A DNA stretch of 64,000 nucleotides from Antedon mediterranea. Its lineage: Eukaryota; Animalia; Echinodermata. The translations under genes were made by a program, and so were the position numbers. Location: NCBI RefSeq assembly GCF_964355755.1, contig NC_092677.1, forward strand, positions 4,672,101 to 4,736,100, written 5' to 3'. The notes beneath the pieces are model-generated. The model was not told where the DNA came from. It worked only from the letters and a program-made list of their open reading frames with translations, and ran no database searches. Positions 37,127 to 49,349 of this stretch are shown piece after piece; within the stretch, counting starts at the first letter, position 1, and each line of letters starts with the position of its first letter.

Positions 37127-38749
37127 ATCTGAGGGGAAATGATAATATTTACATTCAATAGGATTGATTAATATTGAAGTTCACATCTATAATAGATGTA
37201 GTGTATGCCTTATCTGTTTCACTATTTCACTATCAATAGGCCTAATAATAGGCCTAATAGAATATAAAGAATAATGTACAAAACATGTACTATATAAACA
37301 AAGCTAACAGTTATCAAATCATATTAAACATAATATACATTGATGATAATACATCTGTGTATTCGATACTCATGTCGATTGGTTAGAAAGTGTATAATAA
37401 TAAAAACAACAGATATGTAACATTTCTTGTCTTCAGCGGCTAACGTAATCCTAGTAACTTATTGATAACGTCATTAAAAATATCAATGTCAACAACATGC
37501 TCCTCCGTTACCCACTTACAATACAATTATCTTTCTTGGTCATAATTGTAACCATTTAATAATTATCAGTTATCATAATAATCAGTTACATTAATTACTC
37601 ACCTCTATCTCTGTGTACTTGCATCTCTGTGTTTTTAATTTTACGCAATAAGATATACATATACAATCTTAGATATATATGTAATTTATTTGTTTCGATC
37701 TCGTAAAAAGAAGTCATTTTATTCTCGCTTTTTAAACTAACTTCTGAGACAGGTAGTTAATAAGTTCGATTATATGCTCCTTGTTTTCCAATTAAAATGA
37801 TTATTTCTGCTACCCGGAAAAGTATATTGTTTAATTATTCAAATAATGTAGTACAAAGATACTGATGGCCACAAATGTATTGTTGATTGTTGTTAATATC
37901 AGGCAACACTGTGATTTCACTCTGCAGCTGTGTCAGTTATTTCCAGCCTACTTATTATAAACATGTTGCTGCTTTATGTATTTTATACGGCGATGTTATA
38001 ACTAATTACACTTCATTTCATAAATACAATAATATTCAACTCACAACACTATTTGCCACACCGTTTATTTTTAATTATTGTCTTAAAATGCCTCTCTATA
38101 AAATATTTGTATACAAAAATGGTATCTCACTGGGTAATGTAAACAATCCCCGTTCTTATTGAAATAAAAAAGTATAGCACAAACAATAATCCTCCAAAAA
38201 CACCAAGGAACTATAATAGATTGACTATTAGAATATAATTGATACATTTTTTGCTGTATATAAAACTACGCTAGAAAAGCAGTACAATTAAGAATAAACT
38301 ATAACTACACAAATTTAAGTATAAACATTTCTACCTATTTTACAATGCTCTAATTACATTAGTAGGCCTAGTCCCTTAGATGATAATAACGAGAATAAAC
38401 AAAACTTATTGTATACATAAATTACGCTTAAGCAGCTTCCAATTGTTATTGTACTGTAGGCCTATATTATACTTAAGTTTTTGTTATGACTCTCGTATAC
38501 TCATAAACAATTGGATAAACTCTCGCTTAGAGCAAGGTTTCATTTCCTCGTTAACCATTTATTTTATGTGTTTGTTATTAATTTCCGTCATGCAGAATAA
38601 TATAACAATTTGTGTTTGTATTTATTAAGTTATATATTTAGTTATAGAACTGTTGAGAATAATGTAGTTCTAGAGCCTTTCCCGTTTGTGACGTACTAGT
38701 AACACTATCACGTGACACATCCTTCGTACTGGGGATTCTGACATTTTAT

Positions 38750-41700
38750 CTAAATCTTTCCTCCTGTTTTCTGAAGAAAAAAAATATAACAATATTGATT
38801 ATTATCGAGATTAATTGATTTTTAAAACTCAAAACAAATAATAATGTTTTTATGGACTTTGACATTATATAAAATATTAATATCAATGCTATTACAAACC
38901 AGTGCACATCCTTTTCCTAAACAAAATTAGAGTTCCAAGTTTGTTAATTAGTTTAAATTAGGTCAAACGTCTTGTGTGGCGATGTCCGGTAATGTTATGG
39001 TGACATAGCCCTACGTTTATTATTGTTCGTTTAATATGTTTACTTGTACTTTTGAAATGCATACTATTATTGACGCAGGCATGACATATCCCTCGTCATC
39101 TTCGATATCAGAGTTTGCTGAAACTTTCAATTCTTGGTAGTGATGGTCTTGACATTCGACTTTTACTTCTCTCTGTTAAACAATAGATGGTATTTATTTA
39201 ATCAAGTTTAGTTTTTGTGTGAAATAAGAAAATGTAAATGAACTGTAATTATTTGTTGAGTTTAAATTGTGTTACTTGAATTTACTCTCCACTTTTGAGA
39301 TACATACTTCTTTATCAGACATAGGCCTAACATATTCCTCGTCATCATTGTCAACATCAGTGTTTGCCGAAACTTGTAAATCTTCATATTGGTGACTTTG
39401 ACGTTCTATTTCTCTTACTTCTCTCTGTTAAACAATAGAGACGGTGTTTTGTAGTAAACATACTTTTAAGGTCAATTTAAACAGACGAGCTTAACTTAAA
39501 TTTTACCCGTATTCCTGTCCTGGATCTTTGTTTATTTGTCGTCCCGGTAACAGCAGACTCCATGGGTTCTTTCTTTAGCCATTTGTAATCCTCAGAATTT
39601 GAAGAAAATTGCAATGCTTGATACTGAGACTTTTGGCACTTGGAAAGGATTTTTTTTATTCGTTTAACCTTATAAAAGAGAAAAGTAACGATAACTCATA
39701 ACAAATTACCTCCGCCAAAGTTATATTTTCACCCATGATTGTGTATGTTAGTGTGTTTCATTTTTAAATCTCACCAAACTCGGAGACAAAGATCTACAGG
39801 TATGACTCAATTCTCACCGGAGGTTGGATATTATATAGGGGAATTACTGTAGGTGGATGTATGCATTCTTAGATTAGCCTCTAGTGTATATCTGAATTAT
39901 ATTTGAATTTGAAATATTTCTTAATTAACCTAAAAATACTTACATAGATATGACGGGTTATTATAAACGTCGGGACAACGCATAGAATTGCCGTTATTGC
40001 TATTGTTAGCACTGTACTTATTGCATGCGAACAACCACCTAAAAGGTACAAAGTAACATGTTGAAATTGACCTCTGCATTCACCAGCAGCACACACCAAC
40101 ACTCATACATTCAAACAATGAACAAGCGCTGTATCCCAAATGTATCAAACCATCGTGTGCATAACAAAATACTCTATGTTATCTTTTCGACCACTACAAC
40201 CCTAAGTTAAATCATATATGCATTTTCTATAATCTAATTCTTTCTTGGTTAAATACATTTGATGCCATGCTCTTAAGTCAAATTACCTGCGTTACAGTTC
40301 TCTAGAATAGCTGTATTACTCATTTTTTCATTCTCTGCATAACATGTAAGACTTGACTGACATATCTCATCATTAATGCCCAAGGTTACTGAATTTTCTC
40401 CTTTTATAACCAATTCTCCATCTTGTAAGATCAATATTGTTGTTGACAGTTTGGGATAGCCCTCAGCTGTACAAGTTGCAAAACCATTTTTAGGTTTAAA
40501 TGTCACAGTGATATCTAAACAAGTTAGAATAGAAATGTAGCTTATTAATTGTGGGACAACTCTCTGGAATTGACAAACAAGTTGTATACCTGTTTGCATT
40601 CATTAAAAAACTGTTTATTTAAACCACCATAAAAAGCCTGCCAAAGCTTCGGAAGGCAATTAAAATGTAGACAACCAATGCAAACAAACATTCTGAACCG
40701 TTTATCTTTTATCGAAAGCATTAAAAGCTTCGAATCAATGCTTTATAGGTTGGCAGGACCAAGGAAGAGTGAAGTTGTAATCACTCTTACCTGGCAAAAC
40801 ATTTTAGGCCTATTGAAGATTGTACATTTACATACGGTATATATCCAACTGTTTTTCAACACTTGTTTTAGCATCGTCTCCTTTAAACTGATCACTTTCT
40901 GCTTTACATGTATATCTCCCACCGTCTTCTTCAGTAGCTGATTTAATCTTAAGAACTGACACTGTACTGTTATTTGTAATGTCATATCTAGATGGGTTGA
41001 TATTTATTCTGCATCCATCTTTATACCACGTTAGGTCAGGAATAGGGTCTCCATCAGGTTTACTGCATGTAAATGTTACTGTTTCGTTTTTGAAGGTATT
41101 GGATGCGGAAGCACGAATAAGAGGTTTCTCTAAGTCTGAGAAAACAGATGGAAGAGACTACAATATTAGAGATAGTATAATTGGTTGTTTGCCTAATGTC
41201 TAGCAGATTGTCTATTTAGTTTTTGTGCGCATGATTTTTATAATCTGTTTAAACCATAATTTATTGTAGGTCTATTTAATGATTTTGGTACTCACAATAC
41301 ACAGTTAGAACAGATGGATTAGATAAGTGATCTAATCCATATGTTGTTTGTATCTCGCACCGAAATCTTCGCTGAGAATCATTTCTCGTTGGCTGTGACA
41401 TCACCAAGTTAGCTCTCACAGATGTTATGTTCAATTTAAAACGACCATTTTCTAACACCTTATCATTAACAAAACCAGGAGTAGTGACTACGCCATCTTC
41501 ATTTAATTCATCCCATTGTACTGTATTAGATGTAGTAGAAGTAAATTGTGAATAATCACAAGTTATCACCACTTCAGCATCACCTTCTTTAGCTATCTGG
41601 TCAGATGTTGTCACCGAATGACCATGTGATTCTAAAGATAAGGATACTATACTTATTTATTCAGTAAAACATAGGATATTAATTATGGAAAACTATTGCA

Positions 41701-42019
41701 ACCGGATTGAGCCTTTATATTTCAATTGCACTATTATTGTATAGATATTTTTTTTTAATTGTCTCTTAATAAGTTAAGTTGGAGATAACGTGTCTTGGTG
41801 GTAAAAGAAAGAATCAAAAAGTAGTAACAGGCGTCTACTTGTGTCTTTTTTTGATTTAAAATGTCTTTGTCTTTTATTTAAACAGATACAAGTTGTAATG
41901 CATCTAGCATGCAGAACATATATATTATTACTTAAAAACTACTAATAGGTAGTGTGTTACTAAATTGGTTTACCGAGTAAAGAGTGTATAACAACTAACA
42001 GCGGCAACCATAACACCAT
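38750..42019 (-). CDS. IgSF receptor copy 3 (B-type tail with canonically spaced ITAM)
   Basis: Exons 42019-41974 (MVLWLPLLVVIHSLL), 41631-41296, 41135-40836, 40514-40287, 40038-39944 (TM), 39668-39507 (SQYQAL-QFSSNSED-YKWL), 39424-39308 (YEDL, YVRP), 39172-39065 (YQEL, YVMP) and 38770-38750 (KTGGKI*). Confidence 0.87.
39706..39885 (+). mobile_element. Degenerate Helitron/Helentron-like short element in an intron (also ~50306 and, truncated, ~62622)
   Basis: TTACCTCCGCCAAAG...GTGT-rich...CTAGT ends. It is absent from the homologous intron of copy 2. The family assignment is from memory only. Confidence 0.4.
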
Positions 42020-42270
42020 ATCTGAGAAAAAATAAGGATTTTTACATTCAATAGATTAATTAATATCTACCGTTGATGTTGTTATAATCAACACTTAGTT
42101 CATTCACGGCCTAAAAATGTCATTATATCAACATTTCTGTCGTTGTCTTGTTGTTGCCAACCTCACATCGCCATTGATAACGTAATAACCGTAATAAAAG
42201 AATGAGATGATTCTAAATCACCGACTTCTTCTGCGCATTTCGAAGTAATGGCAACATGCTCCTGCTCATG

Positions 42271-42450
42271 AGACCAATTCAGACAGCTTCGTACGATGAG
42301 TCGTCTCGTCGGGAGAAAATAAACATGTTTGAATTTCTCCTGACACACCGGGCAAGACGACTCGTCTCGTCGGGATTCAACTCAGACAGCACCGACGAGT
42401 CAAGAAGTTTCGTGGGGCCTCGTCGTACAACGCTGTCTGAGTTGGCCTTA
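42271..42450. mobile_element. MITE in the 5'-UTR intron of copy 3 (duplicate at ~52873-53052)
   Basis: TIRs AGACCAATTCAGACAGC...GTACGA / TCGTAC...GCTGTCTGAGTTGGCCT with TA-type flanks. Confidence 0.75.
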
Positions 42451-43112
42451 CACGTTTACACATAAATATAATATATGGATTACAGTCATTGTCGAACACC
42501 AATCAACAAGGGCTTAAAAACTTTTATAAATTTTATTTAAATCATATTTATTACTCACCTCTATCTCTAGGCCTATACATGCTTATCAGCGTTTTCGATT
42601 TTTACGTATAAATAAGATATAAAGACAATATTTGATATATATGTAATTTATTTTTTCAGAACAATTGATGATGCTAAGAAGCTAAGCGTTAGTTTCAATT
42701 ATGTTATATCTAAATCTACAAACTTCTTTGTACAGTACAGTAGACTCTCGAATCAGATCGACTGATGTCTTGTTCCCCGAAAACATGAAAAATGAAGATT
42801 AATATAAAAAAAATCAGACTTTCCATTTGGCATTTCAAATAAAGTTATTCACTTCCGTAGACAAAAAACGAACATAAATAATGATTTCACACAAAAAAAC
42901 GGATAGGCCTATATTTCAGGTAAATAATTAGTCAATAAAAAATATGTGAAATTAAAATGGCATTTTCAACAAATCAATGTGTTTTAAATATATTTTCTAA
43001 GGAGACAATATGCCTATCTTTAATCAAAACTGTAGTAAAAATACAATAAATACGCAATTTTCCTTGCTAATTTATTTTCTTTAAAGTTAAAATAAATGTA
43101 CGTGAAAACGAC

Positions 43113-46100
43113 TTATGTATTCCGAATGTTAGAATAATGTGATTCTCCTCCTAAAACGTTTCCCTTATTTGACAACGTACTGACAACACATTTCCCCTCA
43201 CTTAGGTTCGGCTCTTCGTAAATGGCAAGACTTTCCGAATCTTTCACTTCTTGGTATTGATTGTTACTTTCGATTTCTATTACCCGTCTCTGCACCCGTC
43301 GATGCGCCTGCTTGAAACAAATATGTATTTATATATTAACAATGATAAAGATATGCACACTGAATTTGTTATTAAAAGAATACCGTATATAAATAAAGAA
43401 CATAAATATAGAAAAAAAGATGCAACCTGTCCCGATCTATCATAGGGATAACCGGTATGGTTCACTAAAATATTTATATTTCTAGTTTCTGTAGAAGCAA
43501 CCACACGTGTTATTATCAGTGTTGCTTCTGATCACACAACTTTGTTTATGGAGGACGTAAGCGTAACGTAAAGCTCTGTCTATTCTAACAAACTTTATGT
43601 GATAAAAAAATGATGTAATATCACTACCATATTTGAGCATATCACTACCATATTTGGGCACATCACACTTTTTTTGCAAAACTAGTTTGATATTGTAGAC
43701 AGAGCTTAATTGATTTGGCCAATCACAAGCGATGGATTATTTTAACTTTCACTTGTCATTGATCAATTCGCATGTGTTGCGTCTAAACAAAAGAAGTTAA
43801 AGCGTGGTTCCCACTAGCGACGCATCACAAGGATGTAACGCAACGCAAGTTAATTGACCAATCACAAGCGATGGCTTATTCGCTTGTGATTGCTAACTGT
43901 CTATAACTTCGCTTGTCATTGGTTAAAACGCTTAAGTTGCGTTTACGTCCTTGCGTTACGTTCTAGTGGGAACCAAGCTTTAACGAGGGTTAATCAAAGA
44001 TTACATGTAATAGTAGTTTTTTGGTACCTCGAGTTCTCTAGAAGAAGCTTTACGTGACGTAGTCCTGGTACTGCGTCCATTATTTACTGAAGTATTTTTG
44101 CTGAGTTCTTGGTAAACACCAGAACCACTTGATGCAAACTGCAGTGCTTGATACTGAGAATGTTGACATTTTATTTCTCTTATTCGTCTTTTCTAAAGAA
44201 ACAATAAAAATAGTGGGTGACAATATTAATATTAGATATAAATATTTATACATTTAGTATATGTGGTTTTTAAATCCTGTGTACACATCCTAAAATACTG
44301 CGTTCAAATCGCGACTCTATAATAGTCCACACCAAGATGTTACTCGTGTGTTATAAGCATCAAATATGAGACTTAATGACTTTCCCATATTCTATAATTG
44401 GCGAAACGGAATAATTTTAATCACTTACGTTAAAGGAAATTATAAAGACAACATTTTAATAATCTGACCTACTGTATGTTGGTACCGTATTTATAGTAAG
44501 ATCTTTAAAAAAGGTTTCTTCCTCTCTTTTAACCTTCTTATTATCTGTATGATCCCTTTATAATCAGGTGGTTAAATGTCGTTCATGTTAAAATATATGC
44601 GTGCGTGTTAATAATCGAGAGTCTATACTTACATAAATATAACGGGTTGTTATAAAGGTAGGAACAGAGCCGAGAAAAAGCGCAGTTACTATAATTGCTA
44701 CAGTTAGTACTGTAAATATTGGACACGATTCACCTGGAAATATAATAAATTTTAACATATGAATACCATTATTACAATGTTTAGGGCATTCAAAATCTTC
44801 ATCCGCCACCCTGCTATGCTTGTTATACACCAAATAGAAACATAGCTTGCAAAATTATTTTATTGGTGATTTGATAAGAAAACTTAATGTTAATAAAAAT
44901 ACGTTATATCTACTTCTTACATTGATCGTAGTTCATAGATTTATTTTTTATTATTTCCAATCGATTAAAAGACCTTTTCATATCACAAACAATGATCGTG
45001 TGCGTGGTCCAAAACAAGAACTTAAATAAAATAAACTATAGGCTATGCATACTGGAAAATTATATCAAGGCCTATACCTGCTTTACAGTTCTCAAGTGTT
45101 GCTGTTTGTTTTAGCTTTCCATTCTCTGCATAACACGTAATATTTGGTTTACATATCTCATCATTAATTTCTATAGTTGCTGTATTGTCTGCTTTTACAA
45201 CCACTTCTCCATCTTTTAATATCAATACTGATGTTGGCTTGGGATGGCCCTCTGCTGTACAAGTTGCAATACCATCTCCAAATGCAAAAGTAACATGAAT
45301 AGCTAAAAAAATAATAATACAATCGGCATTATAGGCTACGGTTGATGCAACTCGATTCGTAATGACCATTTGTTTTTAGCATTTGGGTAAAATATATTAG
45401 TTAGAAGAATTGGTGTAGAGGCGGGTGGGGGCGGGGGGGGGGGGAGGGGGTCCAAAAGGGAAAGGTTTATACTGATATTGTCCAAATAAGATCAATATTA
45501 ATTTGACATACTATAAACAAGTATGTTCATCTGTTTTCCCAAAAGGGAAAGGTTTATACTGATATTGTCCAAATAAGATCAATATTAATTTGACATACTA
45601 TAAACAAGTATGTTCATCTGTTTTCCAACACTTGTTTTAGCATCCTCGCCTTTAAACTGATCACTTTCTGCTTTACATGTATATCTCCCACCATCTTCTT
45701 GAGTAGCTGATTTTATTTCAAGAACTGACTCTGTACTGTTATTGGTAATCTCATATCTAGAAGGGTTGTTGGTGTTGACTGTCTGTCCATCTTTATACCA
45801 AGTAATGTGAGGAATAGAATCACCATCAGGTTTACTACAGGTAAAGGTCACTGATTGACCTTCATAGACACTACTTGATGAGGCATCAAGAAGTGGTTGA
45901 TCTAAATCTGAAGAAAAATAAGACGCTAGATTACTGGGCTTGCCATATTCAACACCTGTAAACAGGTGGACTGAGAAATCTGTGATCATCAACAAGAAAA
46001 CTAAAAACGAAAATATCCTTTAGCAGATTCTTTGCTATTTAAGAGAATTTAATCTGTGTTACTCACAGTATACAGTTAGAATAGATGGATTTGAGCCTCT

Positions 46101-46782
46101 AATTATCCCCTCCGTTGTTCGTATTTCACACTGAAATGTTCGTCCAGAATCAGATCTCATTGGCTGTGACATCACCAAGTCAGCTTTCTCGGGTGTTGTA
46201 TTTAATGTAAAACGCCCGTTTTTAATCTTAATATCATTAACAAGGTTAATAGTAGATCCATCTTCATTTAGTTCATTCCATTCTATTGCAACAGGTCTAG
46301 TAGAAGTAAATTGTGAATAATCACAAGTTATCACTACTTCAACATCACCTTCTTTGGCTGTCTGGTCAGACGTTGTCACCAATTGACCACGTGATTCTAA
46401 AGATTAAGAATGCAAAACGTTACTCTCTTGCTTATGCATAAATTTATAGGCTATTATTATGGAAAACTATAAGCAATATAGCCTTTTCCGTTTTTTAAAA
46501 CTTTAAGTAACATGATTGATGAATTGATACATTTTCTGATAATAAAGTATAAGTTATAAAGCAAAGAAGTAATCATGTATACATAACAACATTTATTCGT
46601 CCAATTGTGTCCTGTTTTAGATTTAACATTCATTTGTCTTTTTTTTAAACAGATACAAATTATAATGCATGCGTCTGGCTGAACATTGATTATCAATTGA
46701 AGACTATTACTGGCATATTACTCTGAATTAGTTTACCGAATAAAGAGTGTATAACAATTAACAGCACCAACCATACAGCCAT
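43113..46782 (-). CDS. IgSF receptor copy 4 (A-type tail)
   Basis: SP MAVWLVLLIVIHSLF (46782), V ~46396-46067, I ~45906-45599, Ig3 ~45302-45078, TM ~44733-44633, tail ~44192-44028 (YQAL-x9-YQEL) and 43307-43113 (YQEV, YEEP, SHYSNI*). Frame open. Confidence 0.9.
43571..43708. mobile_element. MITE with AAGCTCTGTCTA TIRs (duplicate at 54191-54328)
   Basis: AAGCTCTGTCTA ... TAGACAGAGCTT with TAA flanks. Confidence 0.8.
43800..43980. mobile_element. PIF/Harbinger-like MITE
   Basis: TAA|AGCGTGGTTCCCACTAG ... CTAGTGGGAACCAAGCT|TTAA, with internal inverted symmetry. Confidence 0.8.
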
Positions 46783-47896
46783 ATCTGAGGGGAAATGATA
46801 ATATTTACATTCAATAGCATAAATTAATCTTGAAGTTCACATATATCATTGATGTAGTGTATGCCTTATCTGTTTCACTATTGTTACTATCAATAGGCCT
46901 AATTAATAAATAGAATGTAAATAATAAAGTGTACAAAGAAAAGTACTGTAACTATATAAACAAAGCTAACAGTTATAAACTCATATTAAACATAATATAC
47001 ATTGAGGACACTACATCTGTATTCGATACTCATGTCGATTGGTTAGAAAGTGTATAATAATAAAAACAACAGATATGTAACATTTCTTGTCGTCCGCGGC
47101 TAACGTAATCCCAGTAACTTATTGATAACGTCATTAAATATATCAATGTCAACAACACGCTCCTACGTTACCCACTTAAAATACGATTATCTTTCTTGGT
47201 CATTTTGTAACCATTTAATAATTATCAGTTATCATAATAATCAGTTACATTAATTACTCACCTCTATCTCTGTGTACTTGCATCTCTGTGTTTTTAATTT
47301 TACGCAATAAGATATACATATACAATCGTAGATATATATGTAATTTATTTGTTTCGATCTCGTAAAAAGAAGTCATTATAATCTCGCTTTTTAAACTAAC
47401 TTTTCGGAGACAAGTAGTTAATACGTTCAATCACATTGCTTCTTGTTTTCCAGTTAAAATTATTATTTCTGCTACCCGGAAAAGTGTATTGTTTAATTAT
47501 TCAAATAGTGTAGTAAAAAGATACTGGTCACAAATGTATTGTTGATTGTTGTTAATATCAGGCAACACTGTGATTTCACTCTGCAGCTGTGTCAGTTATT
47601 TCCAGCCTACTTATTATAAACATGTTGCTGCTTTATGTATTTTATACGGCGATGATATAACTAATTACACTTCATTTCATAAATATAATAATAGTCAACT
47701 CACAACACTATTTGCCACACCGTTTATTTTTAGTTATTGTCTTAAAATGCCTCTCTATAAAATATTTGTATACAAAAATGGTATCTCACTGGGTAATGTA
47801 AACAATCCCCGTTCTTATTGAAATAAAAACGTATAGCACAAACAATAATCCTCCAAAAACACCAAGGAACTATAATAGATTGACTATTAGAATATA

Positions 47897-48835
47897 TTAC
47901 ATAGCCTATGTAAATACGCGAACGTGATTGGTTGAAACTGCATCACATGACTACCGCTGCGAGGATCGTAAATCGTATATATTCTCGAGAACGATGATAT
48001 TGACTGTGTAATTTTCGCGTAATTATCGTGTCCCCTGTCATTAAACATATAGATTCTCGAGTACGATGATATTGACTGTGTAATTTTCGTGTGCCAACAC
48101 TCGCGTTGCCGATAAATAAACAAAAGTCATCTACTCGATCTTGAACTCGGGTGGAATTGTTACTCCATCGCAAGACAACGCTTCAACCGCTGGGCCACGG
48201 AAGTTGCTTGAAGAAATTAATCTTCTAAACTATTTAAGCTATGCATACATAGCGCCCTCATTTGTTATAAGTCCACCCTAAATGTGATGAAACACCGTTT
48301 ATGATTGGTCAATACTCACGGTAGTAACCTAGTAACTAGTACGCGCTGAACATCCGGTGATTCGGCTCCTCGAAGATCGAGAAGACGACGAATTGTTTAT
48401 TCGGCCTACCTGATTATAATATTATTATTAATAGGCTTATTGATGGAAATTCTTCTGTTAATTTAAACGACCTAGGCCTAAGTGAATATTTTATTGCCAA
48501 GGAATCATTAATTAGTAATTATCTGTATATTATTCTTCGCAAGGTAAGGTGTCTAGGCAGTACAATACAATAAGGAGGCCTAGGCCCTACAGTAGCTAGC
48601 CTATCTTCACCCAACCCAGCAGACTTGTTCTTGGCTATATAATATAACAGATATTGCCTTTTATATCGGTTAAATATAAGATTTGACATCCCCTCGGGAA
48701 TGATATTAAGTTCTCGGGGAATATATATTTCCCTCAGCTGGCGCTTCGGGAAATATATATTCCCTCGAACTTAATATCATTCCCTCGGGGATGTCAAATC
48801 TTATATTTAACCTCTAAGCAGTCAATATCTGTATA
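47897..48835. mobile_element. ~940-bp insertion with terminal ~190-bp hairpin and internal tRNA-like segment
   Basis: Absent from the paralogous sites at ~38235 and ~61162 (TAGAATATAATTGA). Hairpin at ~48647-48833. Minus-strand A/B-box-like sequence at ~48135-48200. Confidence 0.85.
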
Positions 48836-49349
48836 ATAATTGGTACATTTTTTGCTGTATATAAACTACGCGAGAAAAGCAGTACAATTAAGAATAAACT
48901 ATAACTACACACATTTAAGTATAAACATTTCTACCTATTTTACAATGCTCTAATTACATTAGTAGGCCTAGTCCCTTAGATGATAATAACGAGAATAAAC
49001 AGAACTTATTGTATACATAAATTACGCTTAAGCAGCTTCCAATTGTTATTGTACTGTAGGCCTATATTATACTTAAGTTTTTGTTATGACTCTCGTATAC
49101 TCATAAACAATTGGATAAACTCTCGCTTAGAGCAAGGTTTCATTTCCTCGTTAACCATTTATTTTATGTGTTTGTTATTAATTTCCGTCATGCAGAATAA
49201 TATAACAATTTGTGTTTGTATTTATTAAGTTATATATTTAATTATAGAACTGTTGAGAATAATGTAGTTCTAGAGCCTTTCCCGTTTGTGACGTACTAGT
49301 AACACTATCACGTGACACATCCTTCGTACTGGGGATTCTGACATTTTAT

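Noticed and set aside
37887-38628. Recurrent + strand ORFs (MLLISGNT..., MIITRIN...) repeated at 47.5, 49.0, 60.8 and 61.3 kb
   Set aside because: They recur only because of the segmental duplication. They are AT-rich intergenic or UTR-antisense sequence with frameshifts between copies.
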